Positions 48,576 through 58,556 of a stretch of 64,000 bases of DNA are shown in pieces; position 1 is the first letter of the stretch, and each line of letters starts with the position of its first letter. The DNA comes from Syntrophales bacterium (GTDB lineage: Bacteria > Desulfobacterota > Syntrophia > Syntrophales > UBA6807), in NCBI GenBank assembly GCA_040767195.1, contig JAXGPA010000001.1:961759-1025758 (forward strand). Direction: 5' to 3'. Below the pieces are notes generated by a model, which saw only the letters and a program-made list of their open reading frames with translations, was not told where the DNA came from and did not search any database. Made by a program: the position numbers and the translations under genes.

Positions 48576-51500
48576 ATGACGCTCAGGCTTTTCAACGGAA
48601 ACCGCCTGGAACGGCTTTCCGGGGCCCTTGCGGAAAGCCTGCGGGACCCCTTGCCCTCTCCCCTGGAAGAGGAGTGCCTGGTTGTCCAGAGTGACGGCAT
48701 GTCCCGGTGGGTTTCCATGGAACTCGCCCGTCTTTTGGGCGTCGCCGCCAATCTTCGTTTTTTCTATCCCAACGGGTTCGTCGATTTCATTCACCGCCGC
48801 GTATTCGAGGAAGCCCTCACGCCGGCGTGCCTGGACCGGGAAACCCTAACCTGGCGAATTCTGGCCCTGCTCCCTGCCCTGTCCCGGGAGGAGGCGTTCC
48901 GACCGATCCGTCATTATATCGAAGGGGACGGGGATCCCCTGAAGAGGCTTCAACTGGCCGATCAGATCGCAGATACCCTGGACCAGTACATGCTTTACCG
49001 CCCCGACTGGATTTTTCGCTGGGAAAACGGGGGAGATGATCACTGGCAGGCCGCGCTCTGGCGTTCCCTCGTGGATGTGTGCGGGCCCGATCACCGAGCC
49101 GGGCGGGCCCGCGCCCTCCTGGAATGCCTTCAGAAAAGAGCCGCTCCCGTGGACCGGCTGCCCCGAAGAGTATCCGTTTTCGGGAGTTCCACCCTGCCGC
49201 CCTTTCACCTGGAGCTCCTTGCCGCGCTCGGGGAATTCACCGACGTGAATCTTTTCCTGCTCAACCCCTGCCGGGAATACTGGGGGGGAATCCTTTCCGA
49301 CGCCGAGATGGGAAGAGTCGCGGCAAAGGCGGGCCGTTCCGTTCCCGAAGAAGACCTTCACCTGGAAAAGGGGAACAGCCTCCTAGCCTCCCTGGGAACG
49401 CTGGGACGGGACTTTTTCGACCGGATTTTTCAATACGACGTCGTGGACATTCCACTGCACGAAGACCCCGGCGAGGAAACGCTCCTTCACTGCCTCCAGG
49501 CGGACATGCTCCATCTCCGGGAGCGCGAGGGAAAGGAAAAGAAGCGCCTGGCCTTCGAAGACCGCTCCCTTTCCATTCACTCGGTCCATGGACCTATGAG
49601 GGAAATGGAGGTGCTCCGGGATGTTCTCCTCGACGGCTTCGAAAGCGACCCCGCTCTTCGTCCCGGGGACATCCTTGTCATGACCCCGGACATTGAAAAA
49701 TACACCCCTTATATCCAGGTTGTTTTCGGCCGGCCCGGTGCGTCCCCGGTCATTCCCTTTACCATCGCCGACCGCACCCTGGGCAAGGAAAGCCGGTTGG
49801 CGGATCATTTTTTCGCCCTCCTCGATCTCCCGGGGACCCGGTTTACCGTGACCCGTGTCCTGGCTCTTCTCGAATCCCCTCTGGTCCAGAGGCGTTTTGA
49901 ACTGACCCCCGGGGACGTGGAGCGGATCAGCGGGTGGATCCTGGAAACACGGATTGCCTGGGGTATGGACGAACAGGACAAGCTGTCCAGGGGCCTGCCC
50001 CCCTTCCGGGAAAACACCTGGCGGGCCGGACTGGATCGCCTCCTTCTGGGGTACGCCATGACGGGTCAGGAAGACGGCCTTTTTGAAGGCATTCTTCCCT
50101 GCGATTCGGTGGAAGGCCGCGAGACGGCCATTCTCGGGAAGTGGCTTGTTTTCATGGAAGCCCTGGCCGATACCTCGGCCCGCCTGGAAGAGCACAGGCC
50201 GCTGGCGGCCTGGGGCCGCTTTCTCGAAGATCTCCTGGCGCGGTTTTTCCTTCCCCGGGAAGAGGAGGAACGGGATTTCCGGGCCATCACGGATGTTTTC
50301 CACCGGTTGGCGGGGCTGGAAGAAGCCTCCCGGTATTCGGAGCCTTTCGATCTTCGGGCGCTCCGGTGGTTCCTTTCCCGGGTCCTGGAGGCCAGGGGCT
50401 TCGGGTACGGGTTTCTCACCGGGGCCGTCACCTTCTGCGCCATGGTTCCCATGAGAAGCCTCCCCTTCAAGGTCGTCTGCCTGGCCGGCCTGGACGGGGA
50501 TGCCTTTCCCCGGGAAACCCATCCGCCAGGCTTCGATCTCATGGCCCGGCACCCCCGTCCCGGGGACCGGTCACGGCGCACGGACGACCGGTACCTCTTC
50601 CTGGAGGCCCTCCTGTCCGCCCGGAACCGCCTGGTCATCACTTACGGGGGGCAGGATCTTCGGGACAACACAAAACGTCCGCCGTCCGTGGTGGTGAGTG
50701 AACTGGTCGATTATATAGAGGAAAATTTCGCCGCACCGGAGGGAGAGATTCTCTCCACGGTGGTGACGGAGCACCGCCTCCAGGGGTTCAACCCCGCTTA
50801 TTTCACCAAAGCGGAGAGGCTTTTCAGCTATTCGGAAGAATCCTTCCGCGCCGCCTCGCGGCTCCTGGAAGAGAAATCGCCGCCGGACCCCTTTTTCGCC
50901 GGGAAGATTCCTGAACCGGAACCGGAATGGCGAACCGTTTCCCTGGAGAACCTGGCCCGGTTCTGGGCCCACCCTGTCCGGTACCTTTTGACCCGGCGGC
51001 TGGGTATCCGTCTCGAAGAACGGGAGATGTCCCCGAGCGACCGCGAACCCATGGACCTGGGAAAAGGCCTCCCCCGGTATCTCCTTGAAAGCGGCCTGGC
51101 CCGGTATCGTTCGGGCGGCGGCGATCCGGACCGCCTGTACCCCGTCGTACAGGCATCCGGTGTCCTCCCCCACGGCACGCCCGGGAAATGGACGTTCGAA
51201 AGGAGCTGGCGCTCCGTCGACGCCTTTTTCCGGGTACTGGAAGATCACCGTGACGGGGAATCCCCGAAATTCCTGGACGTCGATCTTTCCCTGGGCAGCT
51301 TTCGCCTCACCGGCCGTGTCGAGGGGATTTACCACGAACAGGCCCTTCGGTACCGGGTCGGCCGGATCCGGGCGGTAGACCGATTGGCGGCCTGGCTGAA
51401 CCACCTGGCCCTGTGCGCCGGGGAGGGGGCGTCCCGCCTCGGGAAGACGCTCCTGGCGGGACGAAAAGTCGAGAAAAGGAAAGAGGAAACCGTTTTCTGC

Positions 51501-51830
51501 CTCTACCGGCCCGTCCCCGACCCGCTGCCATTGTTGGAAGAGCTGCTCTCCCTTTACTGGGAGGGCCTTCAGGGGCCCCTGCCTTTCTTTCCCGAAACGT
51601 CGGGGGCCTGGGCGGAGGCGCTTTTCCGGAAAGAGCGATCTTCCGGGGACGCCCGCGAGGCGGCCCGGAAAGCCTGGGAACCGAACGGATACGGTTTCCC
51701 GGGAGAAGGCGAGGACCCTTACCTGGATCTCTGTTTTCGCGGAAATCTACCCCTCGGGGAACCCTTTTCATTCCTGGCGGAAAAGATCTTCAAACCGCTC
51801 ATGTTTTTTGAGGAGGCGGGGACGCTGTGA
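48576..51830 (+). CDS. recC: Exodeoxyribonuclease V gamma subunit
   Basis: NRLERL, VVQSDGMSRW, DQYMLYRPDW, LNPCREYW, DILVMTPDIE.Y, PMRSLPFKV, DDRYLFLEALLSAR. Confidence 0.95.
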   Translation: MTLRLFNGNRLERLSGALAESLRDPLPSPLEEECLVVQSDGMSRWVSMELARLLGVAANLRFFYPNGFVDFIHRRVFEEALTPACLDRETLTWRILALLPALSREEAFRPIRHYIEGDGDPLKRLQLADQIADTLDQYMLYRPDWIFRWENGGDDHWQAALWRSLVDVCGPDHRAGRARALLECLQKRAAPVDRLPRRVSVFGSSTLPPFHLELLAALGEFTDVNLFLLNPCREYWGGILSDAEMGRVAAKAGRSVPEEDLHLEKGNSLLASLGTLGRDFFDRIFQYDVVDIPLHEDPGEETLLHCLQADMLHLREREGKEKKRLAFEDRSLSIHSVHGPMREMEVLRDVLLDGFESDPALRPGDILVMTPDIEKYTPYIQVVFGRPGASPVIPFTIADRTLGKESRLADHFFALLDLPGTRFTVTRVLALLESPLVQRRFELTPGDVERISGWILETRIAWGMDEQDKLSRGLPPFRENTWRAGLDRLLLGYAMTGQEDGLFEGILPCDSVEGRETAILGKWLVFMEALADTSARLEEHRPLAAWGRFLEDLLARFFLPREEEERDFRAITDVFHRLAGLEEASRYSEPFDLRALRWFLSRVLEARGFGYGFLTGAVTFCAMVPMRSLPFKVVCLAGLDGDAFPRETHPPGFDLMARHPRPGDRSRRTDDRYLFLEALLSARNRLVITYGGQDLRDNTKRPPSVVVSELVDYIEENFAAPEGEILSTVVTEHRLQGFNPAYFTKAERLFSYSEESFRAASRLLEEKSPPDPFFAGKIPEPEPEWRTVSLENLARFWAHPVRYLLTRRLGIRLEEREMSPSDREPMDLGKGLPRYLLESGLARYRSGGGDPDRLYPVVQASGVLPHGTPGKWTFERSWRSVDAFFRVLEDHRDGESPKFLDVDLSLGSFRLTGRVEGIYHEQALRYRVGRIRAVDRLAAWLNHLALCAGEGASRLGKTLLAGRKVEKRKEETVFCLYRPVPDPLPLLEELLSLYWEGLQGPLPFFPETSGAWAEALFRKERSSGDAREAARKAWEPNGYGFPGEGEDPYLDLCFRGNLPLGEPFSFLAEKIFKPLMFFEEAGTL

Positions 51831-54800
51831 TGGAACCGGAAATCTTTTCCCTGAGGGACTGCCCGCTGGAGGGGGCAACCCTTATCGAGGCCAGCGCCGG
51901 AACGGGGAAAACCTATGCCATAACCGGTCTTTTTATCCGTCTCCTCCTTGAAAGGCGCCTCGAGGCGGGCCGGATTCTCGTCATGACCTTCACGGAAGCC
52001 GCGACGGCGGAACTCCGGGATCGGATTCGGTCGAAGATCCGGGAGGCCCTCACCGCCTTTTCCGGCGGCCCGGTGGAAGACGATTTCATTCGCGATCTCC
52101 TCGACGGGCCGGTGGAGCCCCGGGAGGCCCGGTCGCTCCTTCTCCGGGCCCTTCGCTCCTTCGACCAGGCGGCCATCTTCACCATTCACGGGTTCTGCCG
52201 CCGGGTTCTCCGGGACCGGGCCTTCGAGAGCGGGAGCCTCTTCGACACGGAACTCGTCACCGAAGAGGACGAGCTCATGAGGGAAATCGTCGAGGATTTC
52301 TGGCGGGCGACCCTCGCCGAAGCCTCCCCTCTCCTCGTCGGGTTTGCCCTCGGAAACGGATTTTTCCCCGGCCCCCTGCTGTCTCTTCTTCCCGGCGGAA
52401 CCACCCGGTGGAACCTGGAGGTTCTCCCGCGGGAAGAGGTCCCCGACATGGCGGAGGCCGAAAAGGCCTACCGGAAGGCCTTTCAGGACGTGATCCGATC
52501 CTGGGGCGAAAGCCGGGAGGCGGTTCAGGAGCTTTTGGGACACGACAGCCTGAACAAGAGATCTTATCCCCCGTCCAAGATCTTACCCAGGATGAAGGCC
52601 CTGGCATTTTTCCTCGACACGGGCGGGAACGATCTCAAGGCCGCAACGGCGGTCGAACCGTTCACCACGGAGCGGATCGACGCCGCCCTGAAGAAAGGGT
52701 CCGCCTTCCCGGGGCACCCTTTTTTCACGCTCTGCGAAAGGCTCCAGGAAAAAACGGACGATCTTCTCGCGGTTTACGAAGGCGTTCTCCTGGGATGGAA
52801 GCGGCATCTCATCCTCACCGTGGACGACCGGTTGAAGGAACGGAAAAGGGAACGAAACGTCCAGTCCTTCGACGATCTTCTCACCCGCTTTCTCGCCGCT
52901 CTCTTCGCCCCCGGCGGGGAATCCCTGGCGCGGTCGGTCCGCGAGCGTTTCGAGGCCGCCCTCATCGACGAGTTCCAGGACACCGATCCCGTTCAGTACG
53001 GCATCTTCCGGACCCTCTTCGGCGGGGGGCGAACCCCGCTGTTTCTCATCGGCGACCCGAAGCAGGCCATCTACGGCTTCCGGGGGGCGGATATTTTCAC
53101 CTACCTGGACGCTTCATCGGAGGTGGACAGGCGGTATACCCTCGACCGGAACTGGCGGTCCACGCCCCTTCTCGTGAAGGCCGTCAACACCCTGTTTTCC
53201 AAGTCCCCACGGCCTTTTGTCCTCGACGACATCCCGTTTCACCCCGTCCGTGCGGGCAGGACGGACAAGAAGGAGGACGGGGAGGCCGAAGGCCCCCTCC
53301 GGGTCTGGTTTCTGCCGGCTTCGGAGTATCGCTCGGACGGGAAACCTCTCACGAAGGGAGAGGCCCGCCAGATTATCCCCCGGGGCGTGGCCCTGGAAAT
53401 CCGTCGTCTTTTAAGGGACAGGAAGGAGCAGGACGGGAAGACGGGCTTTCGCGAAGGGGACATGGCGGTCCTTGTCCGGACCAACCGGGAGGCCCGGATC
53501 GTCCAGGAGGAATTGAAGAGACAGGGGCTCCGGGGAGTCCTTTACAATACCGGGAGCATTTTCGAAACCCGGGAGGCCCTGGAAATGGAACGGGTTCTCC
53601 GGGCCGTGGCGGACCCGGAGCGGGAAGAGGCGATCCGGGTGGCGCTGACCACCGATCTCTTCGGTGTTTCCGCTTCTTCCCTGTGGATGATGCTGGAAGA
53701 CGAGGCATCCTGGGGCGACTGGCTCATCCGTTTCCGGGAATACAGGGACCGCTGGTATGATCGGGGTTTCATGGCCATGTTCCGGCAGGTTCTCGACGAG
53801 AGCGACGGAATCGTCCGGTTCATGGCATTTCCCGACGGGGAAAGGCGGGTAACGAACCTTCTTCACCTTTCGGAGATCCTTCATCGTGAGGAAGCGGCGT
53901 CCCGGTGCGCCCCCCCCCAGCTCGTCAAGTGGCTTGCGGGAAAGCGGGACAGCGACACCTCGGAAAGGGAGGAGGATCTCATGCGCCTCGAAAGCGACGA
54001 CGAGGCTGTCCGCATCGTGACCATCCACAAGAGCAAGGGACTTCAGTATCCCGTTGTTTTCTGTCCCTTCCTCTGGGAAGGCCGCCGGAAAACGAAGGAA
54101 GGCGCGCCTGTTTTCTTCCATGATCGTGAAGGGCGGTTTCGGCCCGTTTGCGACCTTGGGTCCGCGGCCTGGCCGGAACACCGCGACCTGGCGCAAAAGG
54201 AGGAACTGGCGGAGCTTCTCCGTCTTTTCTACGTGGCCGTGACCCGGGCCCGGGAACGCTGCTACCTGGCGTGGGGGAACCTCAAAAGCGGAGAGGAATC
54301 AGCGCCGTCCTGGCTTTTTCACGATTTTCAGTCCGCCGGAGACGCGGACCTCCGGCAGGAACTTGAAAAGATCCAGGCTGCGGCTCCCGATGCCATCGCC
54401 CTGTCCGCCGTTCCCGCAGGGGAAGAAGACGCCGCCGGGGACGTTACGGAAGAGACGCCTCCTCTCGCCCGCCGGGTCTTTGGGGGGACCATCGATGCCT
54501 CCTGGCGGCTTTCCAGCTTTTCCTCCCTCGTGTCCGACGATCCACACGGTCCGGAGACAGCGGACCGGGATGGCCCGCCGCCGGGGGAAAAGCCGGAAGC
54601 GCTTCCTGTTACAGACCGGGGCCCCGCCCCCGCGGGCCCTTTTCCCGGGGGGACGAAGGGGGGCGTGTTTTTTCACGATCTTCTCGAACATTATGACTTT
54701 CAGTGGAAAAACGGGGGAGAGCCGGAAAGGCTCGCGGAGGAAAAGCTCCGGGCCCACGGCTTTGACCTTTCCTGGAGAGACCCTGTTGTCGCCATGGTCC

Positions 54801-55402
54801 GTCGGGTCCTGGCCCTACCCCTGGATTCCGACCGGGAGGACTTCACCCTTTCACGGATTCCCCGGTCGGACCGCCTGAACGAGCTGGAATTTTATTTTCC
54901 CCTGAAGGAAATCACGGCACCGTCGCTTCGTCGACTCTTTCAGGCCCGCAAGGGATTTGCCGATGACGCGGGGCCGGAGGAATCCCTGGGCCGCCTCCGG
55001 TTTTCCGTCACCCGGGGCTTTCTCAAGGGGTTCATGGATCTCGTCTTTCTTTTCGAGGGAAAGTACTATCTCGTCGACTGGAAATCCAATTTTCTGGGGG
55101 ACCGCCCGGAAGACTACGGGCCCGGCCCCCTGGCCCGGGTCATGGCGGAAAACCGCTACGTGCTCCAGTACACCCTGTACACCGTGGCCCTTCACCGGTA
55201 CCTGGCCTCCCGGCTTTCCGGGTATGATTACGATACCCATTTCGGGGGCGTACGGTATATTTTTCTCCGGGGCGTGGATCCGGATAAGGGAAGCGGTTAC
55301 GGCATCTTCCGGGACAAGCCCCCGGCGGGATGGATCGACGCGCTGAGCGGCGCCCTGGTCGAATTCCCTCAGGAGACGGGACATGACCGAAGACGCTTTT
55401 GA
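51827..55402 (+). CDS. recB: Exodeoxyribonuclease V beta subunit
   Basis: IEASAGTGKT, DEFQDTD, IGDPKQAIYGFRGAD, TIHKSKGL, YVAVTRA, nuclease motif GFMDL..YYLVDWKSN. Confidence 0.96.
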   Translation: MMEPEIFSLRDCPLEGATLIEASAGTGKTYAITGLFIRLLLERRLEAGRILVMTFTEAATAELRDRIRSKIREALTAFSGGPVEDDFIRDLLDGPVEPREARSLLLRALRSFDQAAIFTIHGFCRRVLRDRAFESGSLFDTELVTEEDELMREIVEDFWRATLAEASPLLVGFALGNGFFPGPLLSLLPGGTTRWNLEVLPREEVPDMAEAEKAYRKAFQDVIRSWGESREAVQELLGHDSLNKRSYPPSKILPRMKALAFFLDTGGNDLKAATAVEPFTTERIDAALKKGSAFPGHPFFTLCERLQEKTDDLLAVYEGVLLGWKRHLILTVDDRLKERKRERNVQSFDDLLTRFLAALFAPGGESLARSVRERFEAALIDEFQDTDPVQYGIFRTLFGGGRTPLFLIGDPKQAIYGFRGADIFTYLDASSEVDRRYTLDRNWRSTPLLVKAVNTLFSKSPRPFVLDDIPFHPVRAGRTDKKEDGEAEGPLRVWFLPASEYRSDGKPLTKGEARQIIPRGVALEIRRLLRDRKEQDGKTGFREGDMAVLVRTNREARIVQEELKRQGLRGVLYNTGSIFETREALEMERVLRAVADPEREEAIRVALTTDLFGVSASSLWMMLEDEASWGDWLIRFREYRDRWYDRGFMAMFRQVLDESDGIVRFMAFPDGERRVTNLLHLSEILHREEAASRCAPPQLVKWLAGKRDSDTSEREEDLMRLESDDEAVRIVTIHKSKGLQYPVVFCPFLWEGRRKTKEGAPVFFHDREGRFRPVCDLGSAAWPEHRDLAQKEELAELLRLFYVAVTRARERCYLAWGNLKSGEESAPSWLFHDFQSAGDADLRQELEKIQAAAPDAIALSAVPAGEEDAAGDVTEETPPLARRVFGGTIDASWRLSSFSSLVSDDPHGPETADRDGPPPGEKPEALPVTDRGPAPAGPFPGGTKGGVFFHDLLEHYDFQWKNGGEPERLAEEKLRAHGFDLSWRDPVVAMVRRVLALPLDSDREDFTLSRIPRSDRLNELEFYFPLKEITAPSLRRLFQARKGFADDAGPEESLGRLRFSVTRGFLKGFMDLVFLFEGKYYLVDWKSNFLGDRPEDYGPGPLARVMAENRYVLQYTLYTVALHRYLASRLSGYDYDTHFGGVRYIFLRGVDPDKGSGYGIFRDKPPAGWIDALSGALVEFPQETGHDRRRF

Positions 55403-57212
55403 TCCTCTGGATATCCATTTTGCCCGGTTCATGGCGCGCCTCGACGGCGGATCCTCCGCAGCCGTTCTCGCCGCCGCTCTCCTGGCAAGCCGGGCGACGC
55501 GCCTGGGACACGTCTGTTTCCCTCTCGCCGAGGCCGCCGGCCGGCCCCTCGCCGGGAGCGAGGGCCTTCCCGGGGGCCCTTTCGTGTGCCCCTCCCTGGC
55601 ATCCTGGACGGCGCTCCTGCGGGAAACGGCGGTAGTAGGCCATCCCGGGGAAGCAACCCCCCTGGTCCTGGACGTCAAGGGCCGCCTGTATCTTCATCGT
55701 TACTGGGCCTACGAGCGTGATCTCGCAGCGGCGATCCTGGAACGGGTGTCCCGGGCCCGGGGGGCGGTGGACCTTACCCCCTGGAGGGAATCCCTGGACA
55801 GGCTCTTCCCGCCTGTGCCCGGCGAACCCGTGGACTGGCAGAAGGTGGCGGCCCTCATCGCCGTTTCGGGAAAATTCACCGTTCTCACCGGGGGGCCGGG
55901 AACGGGGAAAACCACGGTTCTGGCCAGGATTATCGCCCTTTACCTGGAATCAGGAGGCCGGGGGCTCCGGATCGCCCTGGCGGCGCCGACGGGCAAGGGG
56001 GCGGCCCGAATGGAGGAATCGATTCTTCAATCTTTAGGTGATATGGATATCTCGAGGGGACTCAAGGAGGCGTTCCCCCGGGAGGCGGCGACCCTTCACC
56101 GTCTCCTCGGGGCTTCCCGGGAGGGAAACCTCTTCCGTCATCATGAGGGGAACCCCCTGCCCTTCGATGTGGTCATCGTCGATGAGGCTTCCATGGTCGA
56201 CCTGCCCCTCCTCGCGCGGCTCGTCCGGGCCCTTGAAGCCGGCACCCGGCTCATCCTCTCAGGGGACAAAGACCAGCTGGCGTCCGTTGAGGCGGGGGCC
56301 GCCCTGGGGGATATCTGCGACACGGGCCGCCGGCACGGCTACGCCCCCGGGTTCCGGGCCGCCCTGGGACAGGGGCTCGGTGTCTCCCCCGAGGCCTTTC
56401 CCGGAGAACCCGACCCACCGGCCATGGCCCAGGCCATTGCGGAACTCCGAAAAAGCTGGCGTTTTAACGAACAAAGCGGGATAGGCCACGTGAGCCGGGC
56501 GGTCCGGGAGGGTGACGCCGGGAAGACCCTTAAGCTTTTAGGCAATGGTGCCTGGAGCGACCTGTCGTGGCGATCCCTTCCCCGCCCGCGGGAACTCCGG
56601 GACGTTCTGAAACCGCTTGTCCTGGCCCACTACGGTGGCGTCCTGAAATCGGGAAGCGTCCACAGGGCTTTTCGGGCGTTCAATGCCTTTCGCATTCTCT
56701 GTGCCGTCCGGGAGGGCCCTTACGGGGTGGATGCGGTGAACGTCCTGGTGGAGGGAATTCTCAGGGAAGCGGGGGCGGTCGGGGCGGCGGGACGATGGTA
56801 TGACGGGCGGCCCGTCATGGTGACGGTGAACGATTACGGTCTCGGCCTCTACAACGGGGACACGGGTATCGTTCTGCCCGACGGAGACGGGCCGGAAAAC
56901 CGGAAAGCACACTTTCTCCTGCCCGACGGCACCCTCCGGAAGATTCACCCCGTTCGCCTGCCTGACCACGAAACGGTTTTCGCCACGACCGTTCACAAGA
57001 GCCAGGGCTCTGAATTCGACCATGTCGCCCTGGTTCTTCCCGACCGGGTTATGCCTCTTCTGACCCGGGAACTCGTCTACACGGCGGTGACCCGGGCCAG
57101 AAGGGGGCTGACCGTTTTCGGAACGGAGACCGTCCTCGGGGAAGCTGTTGCCCGGCGCACCGAAAGGGTCTCCGGGCTCAGGGACCGCCTCTGGGGGGAC
57201 CGGCACCCTTAA
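55383..57212 (+). CDS. recD: Exodeoxyribonuclease V alpha subunit
   Basis: GGPGTGKTT, APTGKGAAR, TLHRLLG, DEASMVD, GDKDQL.SVEAG, TVHKSQGSEF, YTAVTRA. Confidence 0.96.
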   Translation: MTEDAFDPLDIHFARFMARLDGGSSAAVLAAALLASRATRLGHVCFPLAEAAGRPLAGSEGLPGGPFVCPSLASWTALLRETAVVGHPGEATPLVLDVKGRLYLHRYWAYERDLAAAILERVSRARGAVDLTPWRESLDRLFPPVPGEPVDWQKVAALIAVSGKFTVLTGGPGTGKTTVLARIIALYLESGGRGLRIALAAPTGKGAARMEESILQSLGDMDISRGLKEAFPREAATLHRLLGASREGNLFRHHEGNPLPFDVVIVDEASMVDLPLLARLVRALEAGTRLILSGDKDQLASVEAGAALGDICDTGRRHGYAPGFRAALGQGLGVSPEAFPGEPDPPAMAQAIAELRKSWRFNEQSGIGHVSRAVREGDAGKTLKLLGNGAWSDLSWRSLPRPRELRDVLKPLVLAHYGGVLKSGSVHRAFRAFNAFRILCAVREGPYGVDAVNVLVEGILREAGAVGAAGRWYDGRPVMVTVNDYGLGLYNGDTGIVLPDGDGPENRKAHFLLPDGTLRKIHPVRLPDHETVFATTVHKSQGSEFDHVALVLPDRVMPLLTRELVYTAVTRARRGLTVFGTETVLGEAVARRTERVSGLRDRLWGDRHP

Positions 57213-58294
57213 GAGGCAGGGCTTTCCCGTTCGAGGAAATCGGCGGGCACGCGCCAGATGTTCCAGCCGAGGCCCCGGGAAGACCGGAAATAGATGTATT
57301 TTCCATCCCGCGACCACCGGGGCATGTCGTCCCGGGACATATTCGTCGTGATCTGCCGGGTCAGGTAATCCCGAAGGCCAAGAACGTGAATGTCCGCCGT
57401 TTCCGGCTTCCCGGGCAGCTGCTTGGTGAAGGCGATGTACCTGCCCGACGGGTCCGCCCGCGGCTGGAAGCAGTCTCTCTCGGTATCGGCGGCAATCTGG
57501 GTGAGCAAGGACCCGTCGGTCCGGATGGTCCAGATGGCGGCTCTTCCCGTGTTGTCGTCAGGGGCGGAAAAAAGGACCGTGTCGTTGTCCAGCCAGATTC
57601 CGTCGACACCCTCGGTGAGGCGTGTGGGCAGGGTGCCGTTGACCCGGGCGTACCAGAGGGCCGGCGTGTCCTCCCAGGTTTCCCTTTCCCCGTAGAGAAG
57701 TTTTGTCCCGTCGGGGGACTCGGCGGGGCCGTGGCAGGAAAAGGCGGGAGAGCCGATTCGGGTCAGACCACCCGCGGACAGGCTGGGAATGCGCCAGAGA
57801 TAGCATTTCCTGTCTTCCGTCGTTTCAACGGCGACGCCGCGCCGGGAGGCGAAGTAGATGAAATCACCCTCCTGGGAAAAGCGCGGGTCGTTGTGGAAAA
57901 ATCCCGTTTTCGTCAGCCGGGTGTTGCCGGCGGAATGAAAGATCCACAGATCGGAACCGCGGAAAGGGCCGGCTTGTTTTCCGCTTTCCTCGGAGAGGTT
58001 CGGGATGGACAGAACGATCCTGTTTGCCGGTCCCATGTCATAGGAAAGGAAAAACCGGCCCACCTGGGCGTATTTTTGAGGCGTCAGAAGGGTTTCCATT
58101 CCCTGGTCGGCGGTCCCTTTTTCCGCCGACTCCTTCCTTGCCTCGGAGGTGATGACCAGGGTCCCTTTTTCCGGGTTTAGGATTTCCTCTTCATAAAAAG
58201 CCGTCACCGTCCCCTTGGGGACCTCGGTCTGGACAGGCCCAGCGCATGCCGCAAGGCCCGCCGCTAACGACAGGATAAAATAGGCCGCCCTCAT
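57209..58294 (-). CDS. TolB-like (PD40 repeat) beta-propeller lipoprotein
   Basis: Lipobox LAAC; repeats PRFSQEG..IYF, SPDGTKL, DPSGRYIAF, PRWSRDGKYIYF; GGAGGTGA SD. Confidence 0.82.
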   Translation of the reverse strand: MRAAYFILSLAAGLAACAGPVQTEVPKGTVTAFYEEEILNPEKGTLVITSEARKESAEKGTADQGMETLLTPQKYAQVGRFFLSYDMGPANRIVLSIPNLSEESGKQAGPFRGSDLWIFHSAGNTRLTKTGFFHNDPRFSQEGDFIYFASRRGVAVETTEDRKCYLWRIPSLSAGGLTRIGSPAFSCHGPAESPDGTKLLYGERETWEDTPALWYARVNGTLPTRLTEGVDGIWLDNDTVLFSAPDDNTGRAAIWTIRTDGSLLTQIAADTERDCFQPRADPSGRYIAFTKQLPGKPETADIHVLGLRDYLTRQITTNMSRDDMPRWSRDGKYIYFRSSRGLGWNIWRVPADFLERESPAS

Positions 58295-58556
58295 GATGTC
58301 ACCTCCTGCTCATGGTCCTTACAGATAAACGACTTAAAAATAGTTATTATCTTTCTTTTAAATGATTTACGCACGATCCTGCAAGGGTAAACTTGGCGAA
58401 CCCGTGAATGTTGCAGTCCGACTGTGTTCCGGGGGATTGCCGTGTTTTTTTCCCTGGGGCGGTTTCTCCCTTCACGGCACATCCGTCGGGTTCAAGCGTC
58501 CCGACAGGTGGCGCTTGCCCGCAGACAGTCTGGCAGGCTTTTTGATTGTGCCGTTT

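Noticed and set aside
58295..58556. c-di-AMP or c-di-GMP riboswitch next to the DAC gene
   Set aside because: Partial GGCAA...GGGACGC resemblance only, with no GAAA tetraloop or ydaO core motifs; an Infernal search would settle it
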